The notes under the pieces: generated by a model | Told to the model about the DNA's origin: nothing | The model's database searches: none | Seen by the model: only the letters and a program-made list of their open reading frames with translations | Assembly: GCA_026026165.1 (NCBI GenBank) | Contig: JAPEUD010000034.1 | Span: 1-64,000 of the forward strand | Reading direction: 5' to 3' | DNA length: 64,000 nt | Origin: Sarea resinae | Lineage: Eukaryota | Translations under genes and position numbers: made by a program | In this document: in pieces, positions 1-12,038 of the stretch | How the letters are laid out: every line of letters starts with the position of its first letter | How positions within the stretch are numbered: position 1 is the first letter of the stretch

Positions 1-639
1 GGGGGGGGGGCGCGCTCTATGGCGTTCTTTTCTTCTTTTCTTCTTTATGGGGGGGTGGAGTGGGTTTTGTTTGTCTGCCGTCGAGGGGGGTAGGGAGCGG
101 AAGGTGGAAACGCGAAAATTGCGGATTTACTTCACCAGTCTTGATCTATCTTTCTCTCTAGACAGATACAGAGAGAGGGCACTTTGATCGGAGTGTAAGA
201 ATGGCTCTTGCTTGTTTGTGGTTTTTAACAATGGTACAAGAAAAGAAAGCTATAGTACCTAAGGTAGGTAGCCTGGGCCCCTCTAGCTAGAGCGGGCGCG
301 CTGGCCTGGCCGGCATCAGCGCTGAAGAAAACATACAAGTGCTCATCGCCCGAAGTGATCGGGGACGTTGTAGACCCTTTGTGAGTCCGTCCTTGGAATA
401 AGGCAGGAATGGAGATCCGCCCTTGTACCAGGCCGGCCGGGAGATGAAAAGAAAAGAAAAGGCGATTTTTGCCTTTCCCGTTTTCTAGTGAGAGAGGAAA
501 AAAGAGGTTTTCTCTCGAATGCCCTTGGACACGCCTTCAGAACGCCCATCAGGTTCCCATTCGTTTAAAAAGACGTCACAGAAGAAACAAAAACTCCCCC
601 AGCATAGACGCTATCCTCGCTCAGCCACATGTTCGTTCC

Positions 640-1146
640 TCATAAGCTCAGCCTATCTAAGCTGAGCCGATCGATGCTCCGATGTCGTTTCGCCATGCCC
701 AGGCGGTAATACCGCTCCTCGCCCGCCGAGGTCCGGCCACCGATGTACCACTTCTCCTGCCCTAACGCATCTCGGAACCCCTCGGTCGAGCTGTCGGAGC
801 CACGACGATGCCGGCTGGCGCTGCCGCTGACGTTGTTTCCCGGCGAGCTCGGGGAGCCGGGGGAACGGGCCAGCGGGGAGGTAGAGTGTTGGCGGGCGGA
901 TTGCAGGTGGCCTGCTGCTTGCACGGCAGCGGTGGTGGTGCCAGGGTGTTGTTGCTGATTCGCTTTCGTGGTGATGGAGCGAGGGTTCGAGGCGGCGTTG
1001 GGCGAGGGCGACGAGGATGCGTAGGTCGATTGTGGGCTGGAGGGGGCGGTGGATGTGGACGGCGGGTTGGTGGATGCCTTTTGGATGGCGGAATGCGCGC
1101 GGAAGGCGGCGAGGAAATTCGAGAGGAAGGGTCTGTTGGTCGGCAT
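640..1146 (-). CDS. Conserved fungal hypothetical protein (168 aa, S/T/P-rich, likely disordered)
   Basis: Single ORF, MPTNRPFLSNFLAAFRAHS...RRGSDSS...KWYIGGRTSAGEERYYRLGM...LSLDRLSL; CAAAATG start context; ordered-looking ends flank a low-complexity middle. Confidence 0.75.
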   Translation of the reverse strand: MPTNRPFLSNFLAAFRAHSAIQKASTNPPSTSTAPSSPQSTYASSSPSPNAASNPRSITTKANQQQHPGTTTAAVQAAGHLQSARQHSTSPLARSPGSPSSPGNNVSGSASRHRRGSDSSTEGFRDALGQEKWYIGGRTSAGEERYYRLGMAKRHRSIDRLSLDRLSL

Positions 1147-2343
1147 TTTGAATGGTCGAAGGTTTGTGGGAGAGAGTCGTCGGTGAAAGATCCGGTCTTG
1201 GACTCGTGAGGAATTTTCCTTTCTGGATGTTCGACGCCAGATGGGACCTCGGAGATGTGCTACCTCAATAACGAGGCCACGGTTTGGTGCAGAAGAGGGC
1301 GACCGAGGGTCGATCCGATCTTGCTTTTGTTCGGCGAGAGTCCGAGGAAGACTTGGACTTGAGCTCGAGTGTCGTCACGACAAGCGTCCGGCGGAAGCCG
1401 TCCCGAGGGAGGCAGAGAGCGATGGAGCTTGACGAGTTCAGTGGGCCATGCAGTGCGATGGATGAGCTCGACGTTCTTCTTGGGGAGAGAGGTGGTGGTG
1501 GTGGTGGTAGTGGTGGTGGGTAGTGATGGAGAGTCGGTGATGGAGGTCGACGGACGGGATTAAGAAGGTTGCAGTGGTAGCAGTGGTAGCAGCGGTAGTG
1601 AAGGATCTAATGATGAGGTAGGTAATATGTAGTACTTACAGACTCGAACAATACATCCATACCGAATGCATACCTTACCTTACGCTGTACTCATAGTGAC
1701 GCTGGAGTAACCGAGAGGCGGCCTCTCTCCTCTGGAAGCTGCGGCGGCCTCGGCGGAACAGCTCGGAAGGCCTTTCCTCCGGACTGGAGGTGCCGGTCCT
1801 GGTACCGCGTCTCTCGCCACCAACCCGCAGCGAGACCGAGTACTGTGTACCTGACTTACCTCGTTGTACGTGGTCGTACTCGTACTCGGTCCCTCTCGAG
1901 CGACCGCCCGGACCCAGAAACCCGCCTAGCTGACTTCGTAGGTACGTAGGTAGTACGGAGTATGTAGTAGAGCTTAGCCACTGCCGCCCAAGCACCATCC
2001 CCGCCTGGGCTTCCATGTGGAGGGCAGAGGAGGGGCGGGAATGGAGGATGGCGGATGGCGGATAGTGAGTACGGAGTAGTGGGAAGTGGGAAGTGGGAAG
2101 CTGCGGGATCTCGATCCATCGGATCCCACACAGCTGGAGTGGCATACATATCGCAGTCATATGAGGATGCAAGAGATGGCTGCACTGGATGGATCAGTGG
2201 AGCCGTGGAGCAATGGGGCAGTGGAGCAATGGATCAATGGATCAAATCCAATGTCAAGGTTGTCGCCGTCGTCGGGTCTGCTGCATCTTACTTCAGTACG
2301 GTCACTTGGTACTCGGCGGGCGAATGGAGAGCCCGCCATTACA

Positions 2344-2344
<1 letters not shown>

Positions 2345-2375
<31 letters not shown>
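2345..2375. repeat. (AGT)n microsatellite
   Basis: About 10 tandem AGT units. Confidence 0.95.
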
Positions 2376-3253
2376 CTCTACGGAGGAGTACTCAATGATC
2401 ATGGATCGTGTCGGAATGGCCTCGCAGCCCTCTGTTGGATCGTCCAAGGGTCCCAGCTGGGCGCGAATGGCTTCGGCGAAGAGGATCGAGGCATCATATC
2501 TCCTGATCGCCGACCATACCCCGCAACCACGAGAGCCGTCATCTGTCACCCGTCATGGTTGATCTCTGATCTCGGATCTCTGATCTCGGATCTGAGTCGG
2601 CCTCGAGCACGGCCGTCCATATCATCCATATCTTCCATCTACTACATACTCGACACAGGAACCACCTTGGCAGAGTCCGCGAGCAGCATCACCATCGTGA
2701 CCGCGACGTTGCAGGTCCACACCATGCACCTCGGATTCGGACGAGAATATAAAGATCAACACCAACTCCAACACATCCGTGGATGTAGATCTCGGCCTTG
2801 CAATACCATGGAGACTCGCTTACTTGCGATCCATGGAGACCGTCACGTCCCAGGCCTCAAGGAATCATCAATTGGCGATGCAGAGCAAGCGACCACCTCC
2901 AGAGCTCATCCAGCAGATACGCGACGAAACGCTTCGTTTCGTATTGCATCCATGTTCCTACCGGACCCCTGAACCGTCTAGCCCACGCCTCGGACGACGA
3001 CAACAGTGAACATGGCGCTAAATGCACTGCCATCGCAAGCGTGCGCATTTCTTGTTTGTCGACGTGTCCCCAGTCCCTACCAGACGGCTGATTTCTGCGC
3101 TTCAAGAGACATTTCATTCTCTTGAACATGTTCGCCATGATGGTTCTTGTCTTTCGTTGGCTTCACAATTCAGCGATCATGTATAGTTAAAAAGGCCGAC
3201 TGAATTATCATTGTCACATCGTCGCATCCAATACACGGAACAGTTCTCTAACA

Positions 3254-4207
3254 ATGGGCTTACCTACCCGCTCTACCTCGATCGTCGCTCTTCTCATCCT
3301 GTTGCTCCTCAACCTCGCGACTCCAGCCGTCGCAGCCAAAGACGAGACCGTCACCACCATGACGACCATCATGCCCTCGGCCGCCTCGGCGACGACTACC
3401 ACCACAATTCCCACGCCCAACGCGACGAACGAACCATCCTACACGTCCTCGTCGCTCTTCCAATCTACCGTGCTCAATTCGACCAATGTCTACCGCGCGC
3501 AGCACAGCGCGGCGAATCTGACCTGGAACGCCACGCTGGCGGACACGGCGAGTGAGTGGGCGAAGAAGTGTCTGTGGTCGCATTCGGTACGGGCCCCTCA
3601 CATCTCCCCCTAACGCTTCCCTTGAGCCCATTCTCTATCTGTTCCCCCCTCTCCACCGTCCTCGCCACGCCCCTGGGCCCCCAATCACCGGCAAGCAGGT
3701 TAACTGAGACTACCCCCTCATCGCTAGGGCGATTCCCCTGGCGAGAACCTCGCAGAAGGCTACGCCAACACCACCGCCGCCGTCGAAGCGTGGGGCAACG
3801 AGCGGTCTGCCTACAGCTGGTCGCATCCGCGCTTTTCGGAGAAGACGGGGCATTTCACGCAGCTGGTGTGGAAGAATACGACGAGTGTGGGGTGTGCGGC
3901 TGTGTGGTGCAGTTCCTCCTCTGGCGGAAAGGCAAGGAGGAGTGGCGGGCCCGCGCAGAACTGGTATCTAGTATGCGAGTACTGGCCTCGAGGGAATGTG
4001 CAGGGCGAGTACAAGTATAGCGTCGGCAAACGCGTCAAGACCACCTCTACCACCAGCACGGCCTCGTCCACCTCCGCCTCGGCTACTTCTACTCAGAAAA
4101 GCAGCGGAAGTGCAGGACGTGCGGCTGTTGCTGGGGGAATGGAGTGGGCAGGGCTGATGGCTGCGATGCTGGTGACGATCATGCTGGGGTTATCAGGAGG
4201 CATTTGA
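3254..4207 (+). CDS. Secreted CAP/SCP/PR-1 (Pry-like) protein, probable GPI anchor; exons 3254-3586, 3728-4207
   Basis: Signal peptide, Thr-rich linker, then NxYRAQHSA-LTWNATLA...GENLA...GHFTQLVWKNTTSVGCA...YLVCEYWPRGNV (CAP signatures); GTACGG...TAG intron restores the frame; S/T tail and hydrophobic C-terminus. Confidence 0.92.
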
Positions 4208-5177
4208 TAGGGGTGTTCGCGATTGTTGGAGTAGCGGTCGGTTGGTCATTGAATGCTACGTATTTCAGCGTCATAGCGGGTATTTTACGGCGTCGATAGA
4301 GTGGAGGTCATGAGGGTCTCTCTCAGGAGTGTCCCACCGGTAAGGAGCTGATAGGGAATTACGATAGAGAATGATGATACACTACTCCAACGTTCTGCAC
4401 ATAATGAGGACAGGGACGCGCCAGTCCTATTCGCTCACGTGCCATGAAAAGTTGTTACCATCATAACATTCTATCTACTCCTTGTTAGGGTCTGACACGA
4501 TCATGATTGCGAGAACGCCCATCATGACTCTTCTCGAGTTCCCCTTCTATTGACCAAAGCAATGAATGATCCGCGCCCCATCAAGCGACGCCGCCCGGAG
4601 ATAGGTACGAATAGGTAGCCACTCAGACGCCCCGCGATCAAGCTTATCCGCGTCGGGCTGCCTATTCGGAGGCTAGCTCCCGCATCAAATACGACGGCGG
4701 ATGCCCTACCACCACACCATCACCAATAATGCCTCTCCCATGTCCCCCGCCATGTGCCCCGCCATGCGCGATCTCGACTTCGAGAGCAGGGCAAACACAA
4801 CAGAGAGAGCCGACGATAGGTAAACGTCGGAGGAGGGCATAAGCAGAGCTGACTCACTTGCCTAGAGGAGCATTTTCTCTCTCTCTCGCAAATTTGGGAA
4901 AATAGCACTGACTCATCCTCGTCCGTGTAAATAAATACCCAAAACACCTTCCATACCAATCTAATCTTTCCCTCATCCTCCCTACCCAACTCACCCCAAA
5001 CTCACCTCTGTGACATCTTCGCCTCCCGGGCCCGTTCTGATCGGAGCAGCTTTCCTCTGCCACAGACATACACGCTCCCAAGCCCGCCGCAATTGCACCG
5101 TGACCGCCGTCGCCGTAGGTTCTCTATCTCAGCGAGACCATTCATCTCACAGAGAGACTCACCAGCACAGAAAGATA

Positions 5178-6208
5178 ATGGCGCCCGACCTCTTCTACCC
5201 CAAAGGCGCGCGCAACACGGTGCACCGCAAGAAAGAGCGCGGTAAGTCGCCTGCCCTCCCCGTCATCGAACCCCCTCGTCATCCTCATCCTCTTGCATAC
5301 CCCCTCGCATTGCGTTCTCATTCAATTCCCCAGCAGTCAACCCAACCCTTCAGACCTCCTTTCTCCCCCTTTCCCCTGCAAAGACAGACGCCATCCCACT
5401 AACCATCCCCCCAGCCAGCTACGCGCTCGAGCCCATCCACCACCTCATCAACCGCACGCCGCTCTCGCACGTCTCCTTCAACCCATCGCCCACCGACCCG
5501 TTCCCCACCACCCTACCCATGATAGCAGTGACGGGCTCGTTCGAGCGGCCCTCGGCCTCCGAGGCCGAAGTCCAGGACATCTACCTCCACACGTACGTAT
5601 CCTCGCGCCTGGCCAACCTGGCCCGCGCCGCCTCCTCCTCCTCCTCTTCCCCGTCCTCCTCTTCAACACCAGACACGACCACCACCACCACCGACGACGA
5701 CTCCCCCCCGCCGGGCGTCCCCGTCAGCATCTCCGCCGCCATCGTCGACAGCCTAATCCTCAGCCTCACGCCCATGACACACAGCTACGCCTACCGCTCG
5801 TGCACGCTCCACGGGCTCGCCACCCTCGTGCCCCCCTCGGCCTCGGCCGAGCGCCTCTACGCCATGCGCCTCATCACGAACAAAGTGGTCCCCTCGCGGT
5901 ACGAGCACACGCGCACGCCCCCCGACGCCGCCGAGCTCGCCAGCACCGCCATCCTGCGCGTGCGCGTTCTCGACGGGAGTTACAAGGCCAAGGTGGCGGG
6001 CGTCAGTGACGAGAAGAAGGACCTCGAGGACGAGGAGGTCGTGGGGAGCGTGTGGACGGGCGTCGTGCCGGTGAAGGACGTCTTGGGGGACCCCGTGCCG
6101 AGTAAGACGAATAGGGTGGCCGAGGTGCCGGCGTATCTGGGGGAGTTTGTGACGGCGAGGAACGACGAGGTGGCGGAGTATGCGGAGAGGTTGAGGGGGT
6201 TGGCGTAG
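5178..6208 (+). CDS. FMN-binding split-barrel protein (pyridoxamine 5'-phosphate oxidase-like / NimA family); exons 5178-5241, 5415-6208
   Basis: NTVHRKKERASYALEPIHHLIN..LSHVSF..FPTTLPMI..IYLH.YVSSRL..HSYAYRS..VWTGVVPV; GTAAGT...CTAAC...CAG intron; strong codon bias. Confidence 0.85.
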
Positions 6209-6426
6209 GGGCTGTGGGATAGTGTGGAGAAAGGGGAGGAGGGGAGGGGGCGTTGTGGGATGGGCGCTGGGCGGCGAAGATGGGAGGGGTGGGGAGTGCG
6301 GGTCAAAGGCATGACCAGCTCCTACAATCCCACAGATATAGGAGGCCGATATATATAGACAGCATCACTACAATGTTCTTGCCAGGCTCTTCTAGACCCT
6401 TCTACGCTCTTAGCATATATGACACC

Positions 6427-6466
6427 TCTTCTTCTTCTTCTTCTTCTTCTTCTTCTTCTTCTTCTT
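6427..6466. repeat. (TTC)n microsatellite at the start of a low-complexity spacer (CTAT repeats to ~6890)
   Basis: Directly visible tandem units. Confidence 0.95.
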
Positions 6467-7542
6467 TCTTCTCTGTCTTTTTTCCCTTCCCCATTCCTGA
6501 CAACGACTATCTGATACGTGCGAAGGGTTGACGGACGGAGGTATAGTAGAGAGAGGACAGTAGATTGTAGAGATAGAGATCATAGAGGAAGTATAGGAGA
6601 TAGAGCAAGGGCGAGAGAAAGCTAATCCCTTCAACTGTCATAGAAATAAACATCCTCATCTCTCTCCTACCCTTACCCCCCTCTCTTAAACTCTGACGCC
6701 ACTCTCACCCTCACACTTACACTCTCACTCATTCTCCCCTACCACCTCCCCGCCCTCCCCTTTCTTCTAACGTCTTTATCCTCGAGAGACAGCTGTTTCC
6801 TAGCCACAGACACCTATCTATCTATCTATCTCTGGGTATCTATCTATCTCGATGTATCTAGCCATCCATCTATCTAGCCGTCTATCGATCCGAGAGATCC
6901 GTTGATTCGTGTTTGTTCGTTTCATAGATCTAGATGTAGCAACTCCCCTCCCCGGGCCCACTCAACGGGGGACGGAGAGGGGAAAAGAAGAACCCGGTTT
7001 CTGACGGTTTGTGGCCGTTGAGGCTGCTTTGTGTTGGACAGAGGATAGAAAAAAGCGAGAGGCCTCGAGATGATAGCTGGGAGGATTTCCGTCATTGTGC
7101 CATGCGTCGTCGAAGAAATCGGTTTTGCGTCTTGGCGGGTTCTTCAAGGCTGTGTAATGTGTGCATGTTTGGCCATAGGCATTTCGTGAAGCAGCAGCAG
7201 TAGTAACAGCCAGTTTGTAGATCTGGTCGGTCGGAGAGGACGGAGGCTGAGGGTAGGAATGCGCGGATGCGATTGAAAGTCGTACGTGCATGTGTTCGTC
7301 AAGAAAAGCAGGAGATATCATCAACTCAAGCTGCAGTCTTGACACAAGCTACAAGTCCCTTCGTCTGGTAAATATGCATGACTGGGACGCAAGAGGGCAG
7401 ATGCCAGGACAGGGCCGATCAGACCGCAACGTCCGAGGCGTTCTCGGTCTATGCGCGAAGATCCCCAAACTCTTGGACATATCTTACTGGGAGCCGGAAA
7501 GACAACCTGCAGACCAGGGAAACATGGGCTCCTTTCGGTGTT

Positions 7543-8772
7543 CTATTTAGACTGCTGCGGCAGGTCCTTTTGCGCAGGTCTTTCCCAATCGACAACATAT
7601 CGGCCACGCTTCCTAGCGTCTATCCGCCGTTCCATCCGGACGCCTACTTCATAGACAGGAGTGCCGTCATCGTTCCGGTAGGCGAAGTATTTCCAAGGAG
7701 TACCTGGAGGTTCTCCAGGCCAATCCAGAGGGTCCGTAGCCTCTGTATAATGTTCAATCGTCCGGACCGTCCTGCGATTCTCTGCCCATTGATCCAGATA
7801 CCGCCGAAAAGCAGGGATGCCGCCCGATCCATCCTCAACCGCTGCCTTTACTGGCCATTCCCGTAGCTTCTCAACCTTCGTGACATCTTGTTCCCAAAAC
7901 GGAATGTCCCTGTACTGATGATCCAGGGTCAGAATCTCGTAGAGGGTAAATATGACGCCGTCAACGTCATTTTGGTTATGCGTTTTCGATACAGTTCCGA
8001 TCTTAGCGGCCCGGTCGAAGTCGAAGAGCTTCAGTGTATTTGTGGTAGGATCGATAAGCAAGTTTCTGGGCGCCACGTCGTGGTGCATGATCCCATACTT
8101 CAAGTTCAGATCATCGATCACAGAGGTAAGTTGCTCGAGCCAGGAGAACCGAAAAGGACGAGAAGGGTTGTGTTCGAGATCTCCTCCGGGAACAAAAGCC
8201 GTGGTAAACCCTAGGACCCGTTTTTCGACGTCATCGAGAATGATGCGGTCAAAAGGTACAACAAAAGGATGAGCCCGCAGACCCTTGATGATGTGCAATT
8301 CGTCCCAGACCTTTTGGCGATGCTGCCATATCAGCGGATATTTGAAAACGGCCAGCTTGCTTTTTTCGGGCTTCTCGCTTCCGTCAAGCTTCTCTCTATG
8401 GCATACGAGATCGGCACATGGCCCTAGACGATCAATTTCCTGGAGCTGCGATCGCGTCAAGGTCTCGGTCTCATCTAGGTACCCGGGATAGTGAGGATAA
8501 AGCACAGCCTGCGTTACGTCCTTTTCAGGGTCGGAGGAAGTGGACAGTATAGTTCCGTCGTCGGAAATCTCGAAGGAGGAGACTTCGGGTCCGAGGCTAT
8601 CGATAAGCTTCTGCATCACGTTGGTCGCTTCGTCTTCGTCGGGAAGTGCCTGCTCGGAGCCAGTCACGGCAAACCAACGGCGTTGGTCCCAATCGATAAC
8701 GTGCCATGTGTGAGGACCGCCTGGAAAGAGTGCTCCAGATTCAACCCAGATACGCCACTCAGGAGGTATCAT
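7543..8772 (-). CDS. Intronless protein kinase-like protein (~409 aa; first ATG at 8772)
   Basis: AVFKY (VAIK-like), DELHII (helix C Glu), HHDVAPRNLLI (catalytic loop), KLFDFD (DFG-like), DVDGVIFTLYEILT (subdomain IX-like); N-terminal VIDWDQRR motif. The ORF-track start at 8823 is non-ATG. Confidence 0.85.
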   Translation of the reverse strand: MIPPEWRIWVESGALFPGGPHTWHVIDWDQRRWFAVTGSEQALPDEDEATNVMQKLIDSLGPEVSSFEISDDGTILSTSSDPEKDVTQAVLYPHYPGYLDETETLTRSQLQEIDRLGPCADLVCHREKLDGSEKPEKSKLAVFKYPLIWQHRQKVWDELHIIKGLRAHPFVVPFDRIILDDVEKRVLGFTTAFVPGGDLEHNPSRPFRFSWLEQLTSVIDDLNLKYGIMHHDVAPRNLLIDPTTNTLKLFDFDRAAKIGTVSKTHNQNDVDGVIFTLYEILTLDHQYRDIPFWEQDVTKVEKLREWPVKAAVEDGSGGIPAFRRYLDQWAENRRTVRTIEHYTEATDPLDWPGEPPGTPWKYFAYRNDDGTPVYEVGVRMERRIDARKRGRYVVDWERPAQKDLPQQSK

Positions 8773-9884
8773 GATGGGTATTTTACTCGCAGGTGACTGA
8801 TGGAGAACAGATAGGAAGGGCAAAAATTACAGAACGATGAGATTCTTTGGGTGATCAAGAGAAACAGCGAATAGAAAGCGGTAGGTCCCAGCCGTGATAC
8901 GAATATTGTTTGTATGAAGTTATGCCGTCAAAGTGGGGAAAGATGAAAAGGCTGAATCAGGACGGCTGTGTGCGAGGCCTGACAGCTCTATATGACTTCG
9001 TCTTCTCGACCTTCAGTATCGTGCGTAGTGCTGCAACGCCCAGGCGGCGCGACGCTGGCATTTCTTCCTGGAGAGATGATATGAGATGAGGAGGAGGCGG
9101 GGCGGCTAGGCAAATAGTACCGACCCGCCCTTGACCGTCGTGGTTTGATGTAAGCGCGCGCTTTCGCTAGCTGCGACAAGATAGCTTCGCACCTTCCTGT
9201 CTTCATCGAGTAGACGCCGATCCGTCGCAGAGCTGAGAATTGAGAGGTCGAGACAGACTCCGTCCGGCGTGGAGCGGCTGCTGATCCGTCGTGTCCGTCC
9301 ACGGATACTCCATATCCTACATTCTGGCTGGACATGAGGTGCATACTCCCAGTCGCTGAGCCAGAGGGGGGTTCGGAGCGGCCCGTGGCCCGCGACAGCC
9401 GGAGGACGCAACGGGGGCTATTTTCGGACTCGTCATGGTAGCGCCGAACCGATCCTCCATCCTCCCCCATCCTCCATCCTCCCCCATCCTCCACGATCAT
9501 CGTGTATCAGATTGGAAGTCAGGAGAGTTGCATGCTTATTTGGTCCTCGATGACTCTGAACATGGCTGCCTGGGGCGGGGTTCATGCCTCGTGGAATCGA
9601 GTCCTTGTATCCCCGAGCGGTCACTCCAGCGGCAACCTCAGCCCCATACGCTGTGAAGCTTCGCGCGCCCTCCTATCCCTGTTTGCACACGTCTGGAGAG
9701 ACGACTGCATATGACTCGCTGCTTTGCTTCGCGCTCTCTATCAAGTTTCATTTTTAATGGCGGCGTAGCTTGCCAGGGACTGTTTCAAGGCATCTTTGCC
9801 ATGCGCCGAATGTTTCTATCTGCTCTTGATCTATCCGGGAGCTCTCTCCGGGACAGGAATTCAAAGCGGAAGGTGCTTTGGAGA

Positions 9885-9893
9885 TATATATAA
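9885..9893 (+). promoter_or_regulatory. TATA box upstream of the small Cys-rich ORF
   Basis: TATATATAA ~150 nt upstream of ATG 10039, followed by a pyrimidine-rich leader. Confidence 0.45.
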
Positions 9894-10038
9894 GGAGAGC
9901 GGCCCTCGATGCTGCTGATTTTGTATTCATCATAGAAATCTTCACCTCTCAGCTTGTTCGTCTCTACTCAACTTTTCGATCAAGTCTAAGGATCAATTCA
10001 GTCTATACACCACTTCGTTACCCAACCCCTTGAGCATC

Positions 10039-10287
10039 ATGCCAGCCATCTTCCCATCGGATATTGGGTTTAACCTTCCTCTGCAGCTCCGCATTGACCC
10101 CCACAGCAACTGCACTTGCGGTTGGTACATCTATTATTCGTCCGTCTGCCCACACGCCTACCAGTCTGTTCCACACCACTGCGGGAGGCACACCACTCCA
10201 ACCGGCAGGAGTGGCTTCTGTCGCACTCCTGCGGCACGACATATTGTTGTTGGAACTACTATCGACGCACGCTGCCATTTGTGTTAA
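10039..10287 (+). CDS. Small Cys/His-rich protein (82 aa), putative zinc-binding
   Basis: MPAIFPSDIG...NCTCGWYIYYSSVCPHAY...HCG...FC...RCHLC*; 7 Cys with CxC, CxH and terminal CxxC; ATCATG context; upstream TATA. Confidence 0.6.
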   Translation: MPAIFPSDIGFNLPLQLRIDPHSNCTCGWYIYYSSVCPHAYQSVPHHCGRHTTPTGRSGFCRTPAARHIVVGTTIDARCHLC

Positions 10288-10921
10288 GGAGGCCATAGGT
10301 AGATGAGCCTATACCAGCAATGGTGAAGTTTTGCTTAAACTAAAGCAGGCATCTAGTCTATACCTACTTGCTCCGTGGAAGACTTTAGAACTTGCTGTTC
10401 TCGGACGATCGGTCATATTTACGCAAACCAAAACGCCTCCCCGGACGACAAGGGGATACAGTCGGTCGATGATATAGAATGTTGCAGATGCGAGTTCGGA
10501 CGAATCCGCTGTGTAGTCCCAGATCTAGAGGCAGGGCGTGCGGAATTTTGCTATTGGAGGTCTACTTTGTTGTGCGCAGCACTTGGGCGGGCTCTACGTC
10601 GTCTTGCGCTCATTCTATACCCAACCCCTGGTTGTTTGGCTACTTGATGTTTCTGTTATTTTGCATGTCTTGTTAGTTTCTGCGTTTTTTGCATTTCCTA
10701 CTTTGCTCATAATGTATTTACGCGTTCTGGACTGCGGTTGTTTAGTGGCTTTTCAATCTGATTGATTATGCCAAAGGTTATTCTAGAACTCAGATTCGTA
10801 AATAGCCTCGGGCTGTAGAGTAGATTTCAATGGGGGATGCGGTGGTAACTTTTATCATAGATACGTCAACTATCATTTTGCATCTGATATACTTTGTCTC
10901 TACTCTAATTACCCAGTGACT

Positions 10922-11037
10922 TGTAACGTCCAGTTAACAGGCAAACCTGTCCCTACGTGCACCATCCAGAAAGATTACTATACCCTGGCTCGTCTAGGTT
11001 ATGCCTATTTGCCTACTATATAGCAGCGCACCTCACA
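10922..11037. repeat. Dispersed ~100-115 bp element, copy 1 (TGTAAC...CTCACA); LTR-like termini
   Basis: 10943-11037 aligns by eye with 45077-45170 in the same orientation (shared AAACCTGT, CCTACGTGC, GCTCGTCTAGG, CCTATTTGCCTACTATA, GCAGCGC). Confidence 0.8.
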
Positions 11038-11229
11038 TAGACAGATTCAAAAAATCCGCTATTATAAGATATATTTCACCTGTGTAGTCTGCGTCCCCTG
11101 TCTATACTGACTTTGCTCCTTCCGAAGAGTGTTTCTTGCCAAGTCTTTTGTGAATCCCTTCGATAAAAGAGATTGTCAGGTTTATAGGTAGTATAGGAAC
11201 CTCCTTCGAGCTTTATCCCCCCCCTTGAT

Positions 11230-11400
11230 CTTTTGACTAGTCCGGCAACCGTCTCCTTTAGGTCAATGTTATCTGCCTTTAGGCCAGTGATACTCTTCTT
11301 CAGGTCAGTGTTATCTGCCTTCAGGCTGTTGATCGATTCATTTTGGTTGGCGATCTTCTCGTTTCGAGACTCGATGTCTTTGGCTTAGAGGGCTTGTTGA
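11230..11400 (-). pseudogene. Coiled-coil gene fragment with a 14-aa (42-nt) repeat
   Basis: QQAL*AKDIESRNEKIANQNESINSLKADNTDLKKSITGLKADNIDLKETVAGLVK; internal stop. Confidence 0.45.
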
Positions 11401-12038
11401 GAAAGATATTCTTGATTTACTTATTAACATCCTTTAGTTGGCACTGATAGCCAACCATATCCGCTGAATATGTTAGCTATGCTGCCTAATTACCATGTTT
11501 CACGATGGATTTTCACCTTTCAAAAGCCCGACGCCATTAGTGTTGACGACAACTATTATCTTTTCCCTCTCTTCGGAGAGCATCTCGGACATCCGTTTAG
11601 GATAGTCGATTATTGTTTTATCTGATTGGCACGGTGATGGGTCGACACATGCCTTCTTTTTGGCACGAGGGAGTTAAAAGGAGAGCGGCAGCTTGCGTCG
11701 GATACTTCTCTCCGTCGGCGACGTCTGATGAAAATAGACAGGTGAGAGGTAAGCGCAAGAGTTACTAGCTTTAGGCGGCGTTAATTTGACGACAATGTGA
11801 GCCATTTTGGATGATTTGAAGCCTCAAGACCGAATCTGTAAAGTGATAGACGATGTGAGGAACAGGGATAATAGAAGGCCGTAAGAAAATAAGAGAAGTA
11901 TGTCGACTTCCCTCATGTGAGTTGGAGATGATTAGGTAGTCGCGATCATCCACATTCAAGTTACCAGACCTGAGTCATGAATTTGTCCTTGTCTGTCTTA
12001 GTACCGCAAGTCGCCCGTCTTATCCATGATATACAGAT

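Noticed and set aside
1675..2972. ORFs of 130-305 aa in the divergent spacer (e.g. 2055-2972)
   Set aside because: They run through microsatellites (poly-V/Y/S), have no recognisable domain, and the region looks like promoter/5' UTR.
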